A stretch of 64,000 bases of DNA from Spironucleus salmonicida (Eukaryota): assembly GCF_000497125.1 (NCBI RefSeq), contig NC_090602.1, forward strand, positions 744,001 through 808,000, given 5' to 3'. Every line of letters starts with the position of its first letter. Within the stretch, counting starts at the first letter, position 1. Positions 11,906 to 26,504 of this stretch are shown here, one piece after another. The position numbers and the translations under genes are program-made. Under the pieces are notes generated by a model. It was not told the DNA's origin. It did not search any database and was given only the letters and a program-made list of their open reading frames with translations.

Positions 11906-13387
11906 ATGTTGCTTTTGTTGATTGCAGATACACCAGCAATGTGTTACAATGACTAAGTCTTAGGAACGTGGAATATCAGTATTTCTAAATATGATTATTA
12001 TCCTAAGAATGATAAAGTAGTATGTTCCCCTAATTTTTAGGTTGACGAGTATAAAGAAATAACCTTAATTGCACCAAATGTTGCCATAGATAAAAAAGGT
12101 ATTACAGGTACCTGGACTATGATTTATACTCAAGCTGTTGAGATTAATATTGGGAACAATAAATATTATTTCTAACTTGACTATAAGAGAGCGTCGTCTG
12201 AAAGTGACCCGGTTCAATGGATTGATTCTTACTGTAATTAGTCTGACCCTAACGCCGCCTGGGCAGTTGAATAAGGTGTAACAAGAGGTGTTTATGCTTG
12301 TTTCACCGCGGTTAACATTAATCCTACCACACACCCCGTTCACAACCACCACATAGAAGGTGAATTAGGCCCAGTGAACTCCCACCCCCTGAGAACCCAC
12401 AAGCTCAACGGAAAATTCCCAATAGGCAAGACCTACCACAAGCTTAAAAATCTTAAGGCCCTCTAAAAGTAAAAGTTGGCCTCACCATACAAAGGGACCA
12501 CCCTCCCAGAGCAGTTCGACTGGAGGAATGTGAACGGTTCATCTTACGTTCCGGAACCTTTTGACCAAAGATCCTGTGGGTCTTGCTACGCATGCGCCTC
12601 AATCTATATGTACATGTCAAGAATTCGCGTGTCTAGCAAGAATTAGTAGAAACCGAATCTTTCAATCCAGCACGCTGTGGATTGCAATTTTTACTCGCAG
12701 GGCTGTGCCGGCGGATTCGACCAGCAGGTCTCGAAGTTTGCTGAGGAGTTCGGTATCAAGCACGAAAGCGACTACAAACCATATTCTGCAGAAGACGAGA
12801 AGTGCGAAGCCGGCGAATTTTTGTCCGGGAATCGTGAGTTTTTCCAGGCCTACCAGCCGCTTGGTGGCTATTACGGCGCAGTTTATGACCCCACGGAAAT
12901 GCAGTGGGAGCTGCACCGCAATGGCCCCTTTGTGGTTTCCGTTATGGTGGAGGGGAACTTCCCCGACGACCCCTACGGCGACTAAGAACCAAGCAAATAC
13001 GCTGAGGAGGAAGACGGTGAACGCCATTACTACATTAGCGAAGCAAACCACGCTGTTTTGTTGATTGGCTGGACCACGCTGCATGACGGCAATCCTGCGT
13101 GGATTATTCAGAACTCCTGGGGGAAAAGCTGGAACGGCGATGGAACTTTCTTGCTAGCGAGAGGGTCTAACGCATATGGTGTTGAAAGCTACCCTGGCAT
13201 CGCATTCTGGAGGCCCGATGGTGCTGTCCATTACCCTGAGGTTGTTACTGAGACTGCGCTTACCTTTGTAACTGTTGTTTTGGGAGCACTTCTTTCTGTG
13301 GTCACTGCTGTTATGCTCGTTTTGGCAATTATGCTCTGCAAAAAGAACAACGCCAGCGGGTATAAGAAGATTGAGGACGCTGAATGA
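11906..13387 (+). CDS. Membrane-anchored cathepsin C (dipeptidyl peptidase I)-like cysteine protease
   Basis: Short signal peptide; DTPAMC..VLGTW exclusion-domain start; LPEQFDWRNV; QRSCGSCYA, NHAV, QNSWG; C-terminal TM followed by YKKI. Confidence 0.93.
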
Positions 13388-13754
13388 TTCTTAAATTTGT
13401 TCATTAAACGTGTATCAGACTTGAAATATATTGTGATTTATAAAATAATCTATAATATCGTTTCTTGTGCTAAATTATTCAAACCTTGTTTTAGAAATAA
13501 TTCTACCTTAGAAATACATTTATATAATTAAGAAGTAATCCGGCTCTACTCGATTTCAATCCTTCTCGAATTCAATAAAAATGAAGCTAAATGCGAGTTA
13601 GTGACATTCTCCTGGTTTCCCGAAATATCGTAGATCGTAATTGTGTCAGGCGCGGCGTATCAATATACAGTACAAATAGGAGTAATTACAGGGGCTTGCT
13701 GATGATCCTAATTTTAAATTTGCTAACTACAAAAATACAAAACGTTTAAAAAGC

Positions 13755-14975
13755 TCACTTGCCGCATCTGACTAATGCTTTCTTACCCAATTAGAAGCCA
13801 GCTTCTTTGCATTTGTTTAAAACGTCAACATCAACGTTGTATTTCCAAGTAACGGCGGGAATAGAATTGACGGCTCCTACTTTTTCAACATCAGCCTTCA
13901 TGTCTTTAGTAGCCTTTTCTGCCCATCCATATGCCCCAAAGAGGAAAGTTTCTCTGGTATTTAGCAGCTTGAGCCCGCCGCAATAGTTAATAACAGCGGC
14001 CTACGCAGGCATATAAGTGCTATTTAGAGTTGGGCTGCCTAAAGCAACGCACGGAGAGTCGTAAAAGTTGAGAGCTGCTTTTGTTATATCAGCAGCAGAT
14101 AACGGCAACATGTGAGGCACGGCCCCCGCGCTCTTAACGCCCTCTGCGATCGCTAGCGCGGCCCTAGCTGTAGTGCCGTACATGGTATCATAAACTATAG
14201 AGACTTTAGGCTTAAAATGCGTTTAAGCGCCAAAATCGAAATACTTCTTAACGGCCCATCCGACCGCATCGCCGCGGTAAGAGGCACCGTGCGCGACCAA
14301 AATGTTCTTAATCGAAAGCGTAGAGGCCGCCTCGACGGCCTTCTTAATTAAGTGCGGAACGTGCCCCAAAATGTTGGCCGTGTACTCGTCCATGAGCCGC
14401 TCGATTTGGCCCTAAGGAAGCTCGTCGGACCAGCGCTCAGCGGACGCCAAATGCTGCCCAAAGCCGTCGTTCGAGAACAAAGTTTAGTCGAATTCGGAGT
14501 AGGTGAACATGGAATCGGGCCAGTGCAGGAGCGGAACTGGGACGAATTTGAGGGTCCTTTTGCCGATATTTAGCGTCGATTTCGCGTCCACAATCTGCCA
14601 TCTGTCGAAATTCTTGAGGGAGGGGTAAAGGATTTGCAGGTGGTTCATGCAGATCTTGTTGGTCACAATCGTAGCGTTAACGCACTGATTTATGAACAGG
14701 GGAAGCGACGACGTGTGGTCGCCTTCTGCGTGGTTCATGATGATGAATTTGATCTTGTCCAGCGCGCAAACGGCTTAAATGCGCTCTAAATGCTCCTAAA
14801 CAAAGGGGTATTTGACTGAATCGATCAGGGTGGGCTGCTCGTCCATTATCAAGTACGAGTTGTAGGACGAGCCCTCGTCGGTGTGATAGCCGTGGAAGAT
14901 TCTGACCGCCCAGTCGACGATACCGACCCAGTGGATGTCGTCAAGCATAGGCTGAGGATTGGGTAGAAACGCCAT
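13755..14975 (-). CDS. Flavodiiron (A-type flavo)protein, O2/NO reductase
   Basis: [26 protein letters not shown], flavodoxin motifs TMYGTT, GSPTLN, FGAYGW. Confidence 0.95.
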
Positions 14976-15299
14976 TTTATTTAATGGAGTGGTGCGGAAT
15001 CGGAAACGATGAAAATGCACTTATTTACACCTAATATTAAACTAAATTTAACTTTTTTGTATACTATCTTTATTCTTATATAATATTAACTTTATACTTT
15101 CCTAAATCTGTATACTATTAGATAGTTTTTTTTTCACATTTGACAAGTATATTTAATTATTATTATATTGTAATATTGGCATTTTTTTCTAAAAACTACT
15201 AATCAATTGTATGCCCAAAATTCGTTCATTCGCCCATATTCGTCAAAAACGCTATTCACGCTAACACATATACAACGAATCAAAACCGCCCAAATCCAC

Positions 15300-18200
15300 T
15301 CACTTCTTCGGCACCTCCGGCTCCGGCAGCACCGGAAGCTCCTTCTGGGCCGCCATTTGCATCAGCGCCACGTGCGCGATTTTGCTGTCCAGATGCCCCA
15401 ATTCGGCCCCCAGCGCCTCCACGAACTCGCCGACGCCCAGCGGCTTCACGCCGAGCTGCGAGACGCGCACGCCGCTCAGCACCTGCGCCAGAACGCGCTG
15501 CATTTGGCCCGCTGAGTAGCCGTTGCAGAGCCGCGCGAGGCTCGAAAGGTCGAAAACGGTGTCGTTCGCACGGCTCGAAACGTAGCCGCTCTCGAGCCCT
15601 ATGAGCCCCAGCGCGCTGCATTTCGTCTCGATTTCGACCTCTACTTTGTCCGAATTCGTGTAGCGGACCTGCGTGGCGAGCCCCGAAATGCCGAATTCGG
15701 GCAGCCCGAAGCGCTTGAAAAAGTGGCTCAGGAGCTTCATTCGCATGTTGTAGTCCGGAAGCTGCAGGTAAATTACGTACGGCGCGAAGAGGTCTACGAG
15801 CGGTTTTTCGCGCTGGAACGTTCGCGTGGCCGTAGCGATGAAAATCGCGCCGTCTGCGTTGTTTATGCCCTTTATGAGGCTCAGAACCTCTTTTTTCATT
15901 CTAGAGGGGTTAAACGCCTGATCTGCGCTCTTCGGATAGCCCTCGCAGAGCATGCTCGCGCCTGGCGTCATTCCGTCGTCTTCCTTCATTTTCTTTCCTT
16001 TTTTGGCCTTCGATTTCGCGGCGCCGCTCAGAACTAGCTCGATTTCGTCGCAATAAATGACGACTTGGGGGTTATTGGCGATAATGACTTTTATCAATTT
16101 GAATAAATATTGGATTTCCACTCCCGCGAATTTGCCGATCAAGTTTGCGGGCGAAATGTCGATGAAAATTGCGCTCAATTCCGTCGCAATCGCGCGGGCC
16201 AAAAGCGTTTTCCCGGAGCCTGGAGGCCCCAAAAGCAAAATTTTGGTCGGCCGCGAAACGTAAAATCTGGAAAGGGGCGATTGGAGCGGAAGCAGTATAT
16301 CTAATATAATCTGGTCCTTAATAGCCGCATAGGAAGGGAATTCCGGGTCTTTTGCGGGCAAATTTTCGATTTCTAGCAGTTGGTTGCTGATTCCGAGCTG
16401 TTTCAGGGCCTCTACGGACTGATTTTGGAGGAATTGGGACTGCTGCGATCCGGATGAGAAAAACGTGTCAGAAGCGATGAATTGGTCGAGTTTCGCCGGT
16501 TTTATGTGTTTTATGACGTTTTCGGCTATCAATTCGGCGTACGCGGCCTCTGCCTCTGGAGGGCCTACGGGGCCCAGTTACGCGATTTCTGGGAAAACGA
16601 GAATTTTGCGTTTTGTCGGTTTTGGGGCTTTAAAAGGCTTTTTCTTCTTCTTTGAGTCCATATCTGAGGTATAATGGTACGCCTCAGCGATGTCCCTGAG
16701 GAATTTCTCGATTTCGTCGTAAATGTCGTCAAAAACCTTTCTGAAAACGCCTGGGCGGATGAGCTCTTTCACAAATTCGGACTCGTAGACGTTCTCTTCG
16801 GTGTCTAGACGCTGCCAGCGGTTGAAATAGTCAATCGACGAATCGACCAAATCGTTCACGTACGCTGACAAATGCTGAACGGCGGCAAGGTCAGGGTCAA
16901 CTACCTCGTCTTTGCCTTTTTTGGCAGGCTCGATTTTGCCTTTCTTGCCCTTTTTGCCTTTTTTCTTTTTCAGTGCAGCGAATCGCTCGGCTTCGTCTTT
17001 GATAACTTGGTCATAAAGCGCTTATTCGTCCGCTGTCTAAATGACTGGTGGCTTGACTGGATATAAGCCAGATTCGTTTTCTGGATCATCTCTAAATTGC
17101 TCTAAAGCCAGCTCATAGCGTCTTCGCAGCTCAGTTTTAAGCGCAAATGCCTCTTCTTTCAGCACATCCTACTCGACATATCCTTTCTCTGACTCAAATT
17201 AGGCCTCTACAGAAAGTGCAAGAGCTAGTGTGTTTCTGTCGTTCATGATGTGCTTATATTCGTCGGATTGCATAAACAAAGCTGCTTGTTTGATGATTTT
17301 TTGACGAATTGCTTCTGGTGCAACGCAAAGTCCCGAGTCGCACACGTTATCGTATGAGCTAAAAACTTCAGGCTGTATTTTTGCGTTATTCTTGTCAATT
17401 ATTCTAGATAAGTTCCAATTTGTTTCTAACGGATCATTTGTGGCCGGATCTGTGTGATTCGATAGCGGGCATAGCGAAACCTGCATTTATAACGGCAAAG
17501 CAGCAGTGATCTCAATTTGCTCTTATTTTCCGATCTAGAAAAGCGTTTTTTCCAATTTTTGTTGGATTTGCACCCGCTCGTGCTCTTTAGCCTGCAGGTA
17601 CTGTCTCTCGCTTTTTACAGTGTCGATGCTGACGAGATCCTGAACCATGCTTATTATGCTGCTAGTATCGTCCCGGCTGATGCCTAAAAACACCAGTTCC
17701 GCGCGCTTTTTCTCCTCGGCACGTCTCTTTCTCAGGTAGCCACGCCAGAAACGCTAGATGCACTCAGCGGCCTGCGAGCGGTTCACGATCACGTCCTTCT
17801 TAACTGTGTTGTTGACGCTCGTTTTTACGATGTCGCGGACGAGTTTCGCGCGCAGACGGGCCGTTCGGCCACGCTCGCCGCGCTGGAGGATTAAAATCGC
17901 ATTTTCGACAGACATCTACTGCTTCTCCTCGTTCTCTTCCAGAATTCCGATAGCTCCGACGCCGGGGACATAGTTTTGGAGGAAGTGCTGCGCATCGAAG
18001 GCCGATCCATTAAATTTTGGCTGGTAGCGCTCGTACAAGATCCTGAAAAGTTGGTTGCGCTTGATGGGAATCGAGTCGTACTGCCTCTGGAGCTCTAAAT
18101 GCACGTCCTACGAATTGGTAATTTGGAAAAAATCGACCGTGTATGTCCTGTTAAAGAGGGAGACCACTTGTTTGGTCTCCAGGAGGCGTGATACTACCGC

Positions 18201-18416
18201 ATCTAACGCTTTTTTTATTGATATGCGCTTTTATGGATGTGTCTGGATTTGTAGCGCTCTATTGAGGATTTTGTATATTTCCACATACTGTTAGTAATAT
18301 TACACGTTCAGGGCAGCTAGCTGGTCAGATTTTAGTTTTTATGTGGGGGTGAACTGTTCCTTTTGAATTTAAGCTGTAATAAGTGTCATGGCATGCTACC
18401 AGAGCCTGTCCGCCAT
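15300..18416 (-). CDS. IQCA1: IQ and AAA domain protein (dynein regulatory complex DRC11-like), 1038 aa
   Basis: HPQKR..LDAVVSRLLE N-terminus; IQ motifs (IQRFWRGYL); KKGKK patches; GPPGSGKT AAA domain; track fragments join in one frame. Confidence 0.9.
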
Positions 18417-21019
18417 ATTTTGAAGAGTGTGGAGTGAAATTTAATTATTTATTATATATTAAAATGTGATATATGCAGATCAATACATAATATATAGCAT
18501 ATAATACTTAAGTTTATGGGTTTGACTCAGATAATGATAAATGATCATAATTTTAAAAATATGGTATTGAAGATGGATAAATATAATATAGATAAAGTTT
18601 TAAATATAATTTTGAAAAGACTCTCTATATATGATCTAACTTAGTAGTAATTAGTAAATATGCAAACTATTTTATTATCAATACTTAATTCACGTGATAA
18701 CTTATATTAAAAAAATGATTAAAATATAGACTATGTTTAAATTATATTATAAAAAGAATAACTGGTAAATCTTAGTACAAACTTTTTATTTACAAGAAGA
18801 TAAGTTAAATGATATTCGAATATCATTAATTATAGGCTTAAATGACTAATTTCACTGGTTGTATGGTACATGTACGTTTTATTTAACATTTTATAGACTA
18901 AAAAATAACTAACGTTGAATTAATGTGTCTAGTAAATTATTTCTTTATCAACCATACTCATATAATTTACTAATTATTAAATTACATCTTCTATTATGGA
19001 ATCTCATTAGCATATGCAAATTTGAATATTTTTATTGTTGAATGAGTAATTTAATATTAAATATATGTGGTATCGTAAAATTTCTAAAATGACCTATATC
19101 TAAACAATGATTCAAAAAAATGTATGATGTGTAAAAATAAAATTATCATAAAATTATCGATTATAGTAATATTATACTGTCACAACTTGTGCTTAATAAT
19201 ATATTCGTAAAAATTATCATATTACTTCAAATATTAATGTCTAGTAAATATCAAATAAATATCAAAATTAGATCGTAATAAAATATTTTTACTGTTAACA
19301 GTCTGTTAAAAAGATTATTGATTTTCAATAATCTATTAATTTAACATCGATATTTTAAGTCAGCAAATTGGATGAAACTTTGCAAATATGATACATGAAT
19401 TCATTTAGATGATATATATTAATATTCTACAACTCTTGTAAAAGGTTGCATTGTTATTATCACATTAGATTATATGTAAGTTGAAATGGGAGGTCATGTA
19501 GTACATGTTCAAATAGGTATAGATAATGATGAGAAAATCTATTACCATGAAAGATTAGTAAAACCATAAAGAGTATTGCTTTCAATATCAAAGTATTATG
19601 TTACTGTGACCAGGGTAGATAGCACTCTATTAAGAAAATAGGTTATATTCCAATACGTACCATTCAAAAACAGTACTATAAGTGGTTAAAGCCTTTCGTG
19701 ATGCAGTTATAACACATAAAGTTACTGGTTATGATAGGCACAAATTCACGGAGTTAATAATTATCTGATTTATCAGTCTACTTAAATAGTATATAACATT
19801 AAACCTAATGATTCTAAGTCATATGATATTAAATTTTTAACCCTAGTGTTCGAAAGCGTAGAAAAATCATGTATGGTAACTGGAATCAAAATTTACACTT
19901 ATGATAATATTAATAACTGGGAATTCAAGCCCATATTACCGGTAAATATTATTTTGTTGATAGACTTCAATTTTGTGGATGTCTCCAGGTGAAGTCAAAG
20001 TAAAAAGCATAAATATTCTACGCTAAGACCAAACTTAGACAAGTTTCTATGTAGAAAAAGTAGAACTGTTGAAAAATGGTCATATTGATTCTCAGTGCAT
20101 CATTACAACTGGTTGCTTCGATAACAAGCCATATGCAGAAGAAGTATTTGCGGTAGGTTGTAAAATTGTAGGATTTTCCGGAAAATTTATTAAAAACCCA
20201 ACGATCTTGATTACAGGTAACAGGAGATATGCAAAATATAATTTTTACCTTAAAGGTAAGTTTTCATATTGCACTTTTACTGATTGAAGTATATGGAGTC
20301 CCCATTTAATATATGTTATAGTCCAACGTTAAACATAGTTTTAGGATACTTCGGTTCCAAAAGGAAGTAATGTATTATAATGCAGTATTTATTATTACTT
20401 GTAATATTTGTTCAAAAATATTTTGTGGTGAGAAGTACAATTAAAATAAAAATTATATACTGACTATAATTATTTACAACAGTTATTCTATTTTAATATT
20501 CATTACAAAATATATTTTATAGAAATTAACCGGAATTAACAGAAGAATTCAATGCTTAGCATTTTTTAGTTGCATTTTTCTTTTAATTTTCGTATATTAT
20601 TATACATAATAATTATATTTAAAAGTTTTGACAATTACTAGAATGCTAATGTTCGTGTGCACTTGCCAATATTAGAGAATTTAAGTAAAAGATTGAATTT
20701 TAAACATTAAATAATAAAATTATGTGTACGGATGCAAAAACTTTCACGGTAGTAGTGCCTTAGTTTTTTATGTTATACACTTACTGGAGTGATATAGGTT
20801 TTGAATGAAATAAGTATTAGTGGGATTTATTACTAAGAAAAGAATCGTTATTTTAGCAACCTCTAAAATATTGTCCTAACAGAAAAACTATAATGAAAAC
20901 AAAGACAATACAATTCATAAGTATATTTATTAATGATTAAACTTCACTTTCATTGCCAAAAATTAAAATAAATACATCCATAAAAGTTTAAATAATTTCA
21001 TCAACTACAAATGGACGAA

Positions 21020-23719
21020 TCATTCTTAAATAGTCTAAGTTGATGCAAGTGTCAACATGGTGATTTAAGTTCCAACAAACAAAGCAGATTTATCCTGATA
21101 AAATTAAATGACATCTCTCCAGATTCCTTTAGGTTTGGATAAATGAGTTGCATTACCAATAATAATAAACATATTTCGAGCTCTAGTAAATGCCACGTTT
21201 ACACGATTTTTCTAGTGTAAGAACCCAATTAAGTCTTTGTCATTGGAACGAACAGCAGAGAAAATGATAACATCTTTTTCTCGACCTTAAAACCCATCTA
21301 CAGAATTTACTTCTATCTATGGATAATTAACTAACTGATTTTTAAGCAGCGATTGTTATGCTGCATATGGTGTAATAATACCAATATTCTGTTAATTTAT
21401 CTTATATTCGATTAATAACTACTATATCATAGAAAGAACAGAATCTGCCTCAACGTTATTATAATATGACATTGATGAATCTTAACTTTCTTCTGATTAA
21501 AGACTCCAGAATAAAGATGGGAAATTAGGTGGGAATTTTTTAGTAATAATTGGCTAACAAGAATTTGTCTTAAAAGTTCTTTAATTTATATCAACCACAG
21601 ACTTAATCTAACCATAGTAGAACTACTCATTGGGGAATTCAAGTAGTCCGGGATGCATACGATATTGTTACAAAAGACGAATTGGCTTAATCCCTAAATT
21701 AATAAAACGCTAATACAACGATCTGCCAAATTAGGATGCTTTAGCATTTGTGCCCTCTACTACAGGTCCTAATTAGTTTTAGTCTCCTACCAAAATAAAA
21801 TGTTTTGGAACTATGGAAATAGGCATTATTGATTCAACTTCTAGAACTTGCGAAGACTCATCTAATATTAACGCTGCAAATTTAACTAAACGTATCTTAT
21901 CGCTATTAACAGCACCACAAGTAGAAATAATGACATCTGCTTTACTAATTTCATATTCTTCTAGGTCCTTGTATGCATCATATACATATTTTCCAGTATT
22001 CTCTTCAGACATAAAAATATTTAGAATAAAATATTAATTTATACTATCGTTTAAATCTTAAGATATCACATTATTATTAACATATGAATTAGACCTGACA
22101 TTAGATCGAATAATGTTATGCAATGAAATGCTTTTTAACTCCGGTGACACGCTTTAATCATTAAATTCTTCCCTAGATTTGGCATAGATACGAAGAACAT
22201 TCGCTTTAACTTTGTGGCAAAATAAAGCTATATTATCTGCTGCAATATTAGAACCAGTACAACAAAGTATTTATTGATCATTATATTATTTTAACAAGCA
22301 CAAAACCAATATAGCCGATGTATAAGTTTTACCTCCTCCTGGGCAACCTTAAATTAGGCTTATACTATTTGTTAATGCTGTTTTGATAGCTAATGTCTAA
22401 TATTCATTTGGATACTAGCAATGAACCTAATCAAGATCGGCTTTTACAGAAGTAATAATATTTTAAACATTATCTAACTAGGGAATATAACACTTTGCTT
22501 CTTTGAGGAGACTCTAAATGTCTCCTTCACCCTTTAATATTTTTAAGTTTATTTCACTTGAAAAATTAATATACTTTATTGTCGAAATCATTAAATGCAT
22601 CATAAAATTTGTTTATGAATATTTAAGAGAATATATTACATCATCGTCCGCACGAAATACATCATGGTCATTAAATAAGATGTTATGTATAGATGTAGCA
22701 TTTTCTGACAACTTAATACTATTTAGTTCTATCTTATTAGCTTCATGTATGACAACCTGTAAACACACTTTTGGAGGAGCAGAATACAATTTAACTATTA
22801 TTGTATCATCAACCGACCTGATTAGGCCTGTCAGTATATGAACTTATCCTTATGCCATTTATACTTCCAAACAAATTTCGTCACCAGGTCTAATAATTTA
22901 ATTGCATAATCTTTAATACCTAGGCCAAGAGAAAAATGCTTCAAATAATTAGCCGTCTTTAGTTCTGAATTAAACTGCAGTTGTTGAAAGTAATTACTTA
23001 CCTTACTCAATTTAAATATCTTTAGTTAAAAATTCTACTTTCAGTGCTTTTATCATAAAATCCGAATAAGTAAATATTTTAGTAGCCAACGAATTAATCT
23101 TTTATTATAGTGTTGGATTGTTTACAGCTACTAGAAGTTCATCTTCTATAATGATTGCTCCATCCTAAATTTCTTACTAAAACTAAAATTACAAATAAGG
23201 CATATTTGATACCATTTTAACATCTTATCCACATTAAGGGAATCTTTACGGAATAATGAATAATTAACTATTAAGCAAATCTAACTCTCTCTATCTGTCC
23301 GAAACATCGCAAACTAATTACTATTCAATTTTTTTAATATGTGCCTTGGCAACTGCCGTTTCGTTTAGATTTTCGAGATTTTTATACTCCTCTATAAGCT
23401 CTTTACTTGGGGTGCCGAGCAAAAATAGAACTTTGTTCTTAGAAATAACTGAGAAACTATCTTCAGTTTTATGATTCCTACATAAATAACTTTCGTCAAT
23501 ATCCTTATATAGTGACACAATATTCTCTCTACCACAATCTTTACAGCAAGGAATGCCTTTATATGGGAATTCAAATGAGGTATGACTTGTTTCTTTGATA
23601 TGACGTAAAATATGAGAAATTGATTTCTCATTTAGTTAGCTGTTACAAAAATGAAGATTACATTTAGTGCATCTTGCCAGCAAAAACTTAGACGTTAAAT
23701 CACAATATTCGCATTTCAT
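21020..23719 (-). CDS. UPF1: Upf1-like nonsense-mediated decay SF1 helicase (899 aa)
   Basis: Cys/His N-terminal domain (CEYC..CTKC..FCN..SHILRH..CKDCG); LIQGCPGGGKT, DESSQ, GDQNQLGP, QYRMHP, VDGFQGREKD, RVNVAFTRAR. Confidence 0.9.
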
Positions 23720-23829
23720 TTGTACGAGGAGTGAAAATTAAAAATATAAATCTCCTTGTATATTGTATAATAATATATATGTATTCCAAATTGAAGGTAT
23801 TAAATATTATACGCTCCGCTGCCCCCATA

Positions 23830-24225
23830 ATGGAGAACTAAATATTTGCGTCATGGACCAAATCCCTTACAAAGGATATGCCCGCGAGCCAGTACAATGC
23901 GAAAAACGTCCAGAATCGACTGTATTCCAATAAATATGTGCTGTTTGAGGACCTATACGCGACAAACCCGCAGGCCGTCCAGTTGCCGTCCATCCAGCAA
24001 AAGTTTCAGCGGAAGGCGACGAATTCGAAGCCACAGAACGCCAAGGCGCTCACACGCCGTTTAGATGCGTCGCCGCCTCTCGCCAGGGCGTTATCAGAAG
24101 TCCAATCGCTACAGGACCGTTTTCAGCAGTTACGGAAAGCGGCAAGGTCAGGGCCCCTGGACCGCTCGAACCTGCGCTTTAGCACGCTGCTGCTCAGCTC
24201 GTAGACGTTTCAGAACATCAAGTGA
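23830..24225 (+). CDS. Hypothetical protein (131 aa)
   Basis: Divergent from UPF1; C-rich start context; AAGTGA stop. Confidence 0.65.
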
Positions 24226-25101
24226 AGCGTTTTGTGTGTTTGCAGGCTTCGAATTTGGGTATAATGCATTATTATATGTTAATATCGACTAAATTATTCT
24301 ACGGGTGTTTACGTATAGTATCTCGAAGAGCTGGGATGTAAACTGAGATTTTGATAGGGTGGAGCTAGGCAGTACAGAGATGGAGGTTTGTGGATCGGAA
24401 TCTTCGATATTACGCTTTGTAAATTACACTAACTTAATCTAATTCCAGTTTATATATGAATATAATATAATAATATATAAAATATTTTGTTTCTGGATAT
24501 TTCGAGCATCTTGTTTTCAAAGTTATGGTAGAAATATTGTGGCTAGTATTTTCAAAAATTGGTCTGTACAACTGATTGATAGTGGTAGGTGGAAAATAGT
24601 AGCTGTGCTAAAGCTTTATAGCAAAGGTGTGCTAACGAAATACGATTAAAGCGTACTAGCATAGAAATCACATTCAAGATAAAGTTACCGTACACTGAGG
24701 TTAGTTGGGTGATACAATAGAGCCGACTGAAACGAACTTAGGGTCGTAACAAAAAGAAATAGCACTTGATTGGATAAATAATTCTTAGGTTTTAACAGTT
24801 CATCATAGCTCCAGTTTACGGGAGAGAGACCTGTAGCTTACTGTATAAAAATCTGAGTGAGACCAATTAAATATACTGTAAATGCCTATAATAAATATCT
24901 ATTTATTATGAATTTTAAGCCAATAGCTGTATGGTTAAAATAGTTTTCTTAGATATAATTTTAAGTGTTTTGACACAAGTAGCAGTTGCAATTTTATATG
25001 TTGATTTGCCAAAAAATAGATCTTGTGGAGATTTTAAGGATACAAAATTGTGCTGCCTGAGGATTATTAGTTTCGATGCTCAGAACCAAAAATAGTTATG
25101 C

Positions 25102-26073
25102 TCACTCCTATTTATATTGAACACTCCAAATACAAACCCTTCCATCTTTACCAAAGCTGCAAACATCGCCACTATTCATGACAAAAATTCCCATAATTTC
25201 ATTTCCATGTGCTTAAAATGTACCTATGCTTCGCTTAACTCCAGGATTCCAACCTGTGATAAAACCGGTTTCGCTAGCCTAAAACAATACACGTTTTTCA
25301 GGTACCCATACAACACTCCTAATTTTCTTATTATCATACTTCAATTCACCCAGAGCCTTAGAAATTTTTTCCTAACCTGAAGTACCGGCATGCCAAACGA
25401 GTATTTTCCCACTATGATCACAGGAAAAAATATATCTAGAACGATAATCCATAAAAACTGCACGAACTGGATCAATATGGGATAGATTAACTGTATCGGG
25501 ATCACCTAAAACAAAAACTAAAGTAGGAATATCGACTCTAGGATCTTTACAATCATAAACTGGAATACCTTTTCCATGCGTTCCCAGGTATAATTTACCA
25601 CCAACATCATCATATGTAATAGTACGAATTGGTTTATCAGATAACTAGTACGAGTTAATCAGTTTTTGAGCTATGGTATCATAAACAAAAAGTTTTCCAT
25701 CAAAACCAGCACAAAATATCAGATCCGATTCAAATTTAAAAATAATGGAAGACAGCTCTCTTTTAGACCATGTAAATGAAGTTAACAAAGCCAACTATCC
25801 ATTTTAAATAGCTAAGATTTCGACTTTTCCACCAGCACAAGCTGCATAAACATGATGATTCTTCGTATCAAATGCCAGGCAATGAGGAATTTTTTCTAAC
25901 TTATATGCCGATACTTTATTATATGCGCCGGAGGAACGTTAGAAGTAAGTCAGAAATTGATCATCTGAACCAGTAATAATATCGCTATTAGGTAACTCGA
26001 TAACAGAATTTATTGCTTTCGATGACGCAATTAACTATATTGATAGAACCGCTGCAATGTCTGTACAAGTCAT
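25102..26073 (-). CDS. WD40-repeat protein (323 aa), WDFY1/2-like propeller with no FYVE domain
   Basis: Repeats ITGSDDQ, AGFDGKLFVYD, DHSGKILVW, GKDGRVCIWS; QRSSGAY resembles WDFY KRDSGQY. Confidence 0.8.
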
Positions 26074-26239
26074 TGATTTGAAAAGAAAATGAAATTGATT
26101 TTCAATTATTATATACTAATTAATATTTATAAAATTGATTTATACCGAATATATACTAAAAATATAATATCTTAGTATCATATTTGTAGAAAAGCACTAT
26201 TATACAATATACAATACTACCTTCGCATTACCGTCGGAA

Positions 26240-26479
26240 ATGCAGGAAAGGCCGAAACTGATCTATTTACCCCGTGAGGTACAGCAGTATGTCATCGACC
26301 TGGAAAACAAGCTGGAGAACTTACAGACCTTCTGTGCACGCCGCCCAGACTACAAAAACACCTTCCAACTTGACCCTACCAGGATCAAGTTTGTAGAGGA
26401 TTTCACAGAAATGTCGGTCGCAGAGAAGGCCATTTTCAACCTGGAGTATCACAACGAGGACGAGGAGGTCAGTTTTTGA
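26240..26479 (+). CDS. Small coiled-coil protein (79 aa)
   Basis: Track ORF ends in TGA; divergent from the WD40 gene. Confidence 0.65.
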   Translation: MQERPKLIYLPREVQQYVIDLENKLENLQTFCARRPDYKNTFQLDPTRIKFVEDFTEMSVAEKAIFNLEYHNEDEEVSF

Positions 26480-26504
26480 GCGAATTCTAGTGAGCAAATC
26501 CCCC

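Noticed and set aside
13755-14975. Bacterial contamination suggested by bacterial-type genes
   Set aside because: These genes use TAA/TAG as Gln and host start and stop contexts, and they are interleaved with eukaryotic genes
18560-20420. Possible gene in AT-rich interval (fragments near 18660, 19487 and 20069)
   Set aside because: Every frame I tried is broken by TGA and shows no recognisable domain; may be a decayed pseudogene
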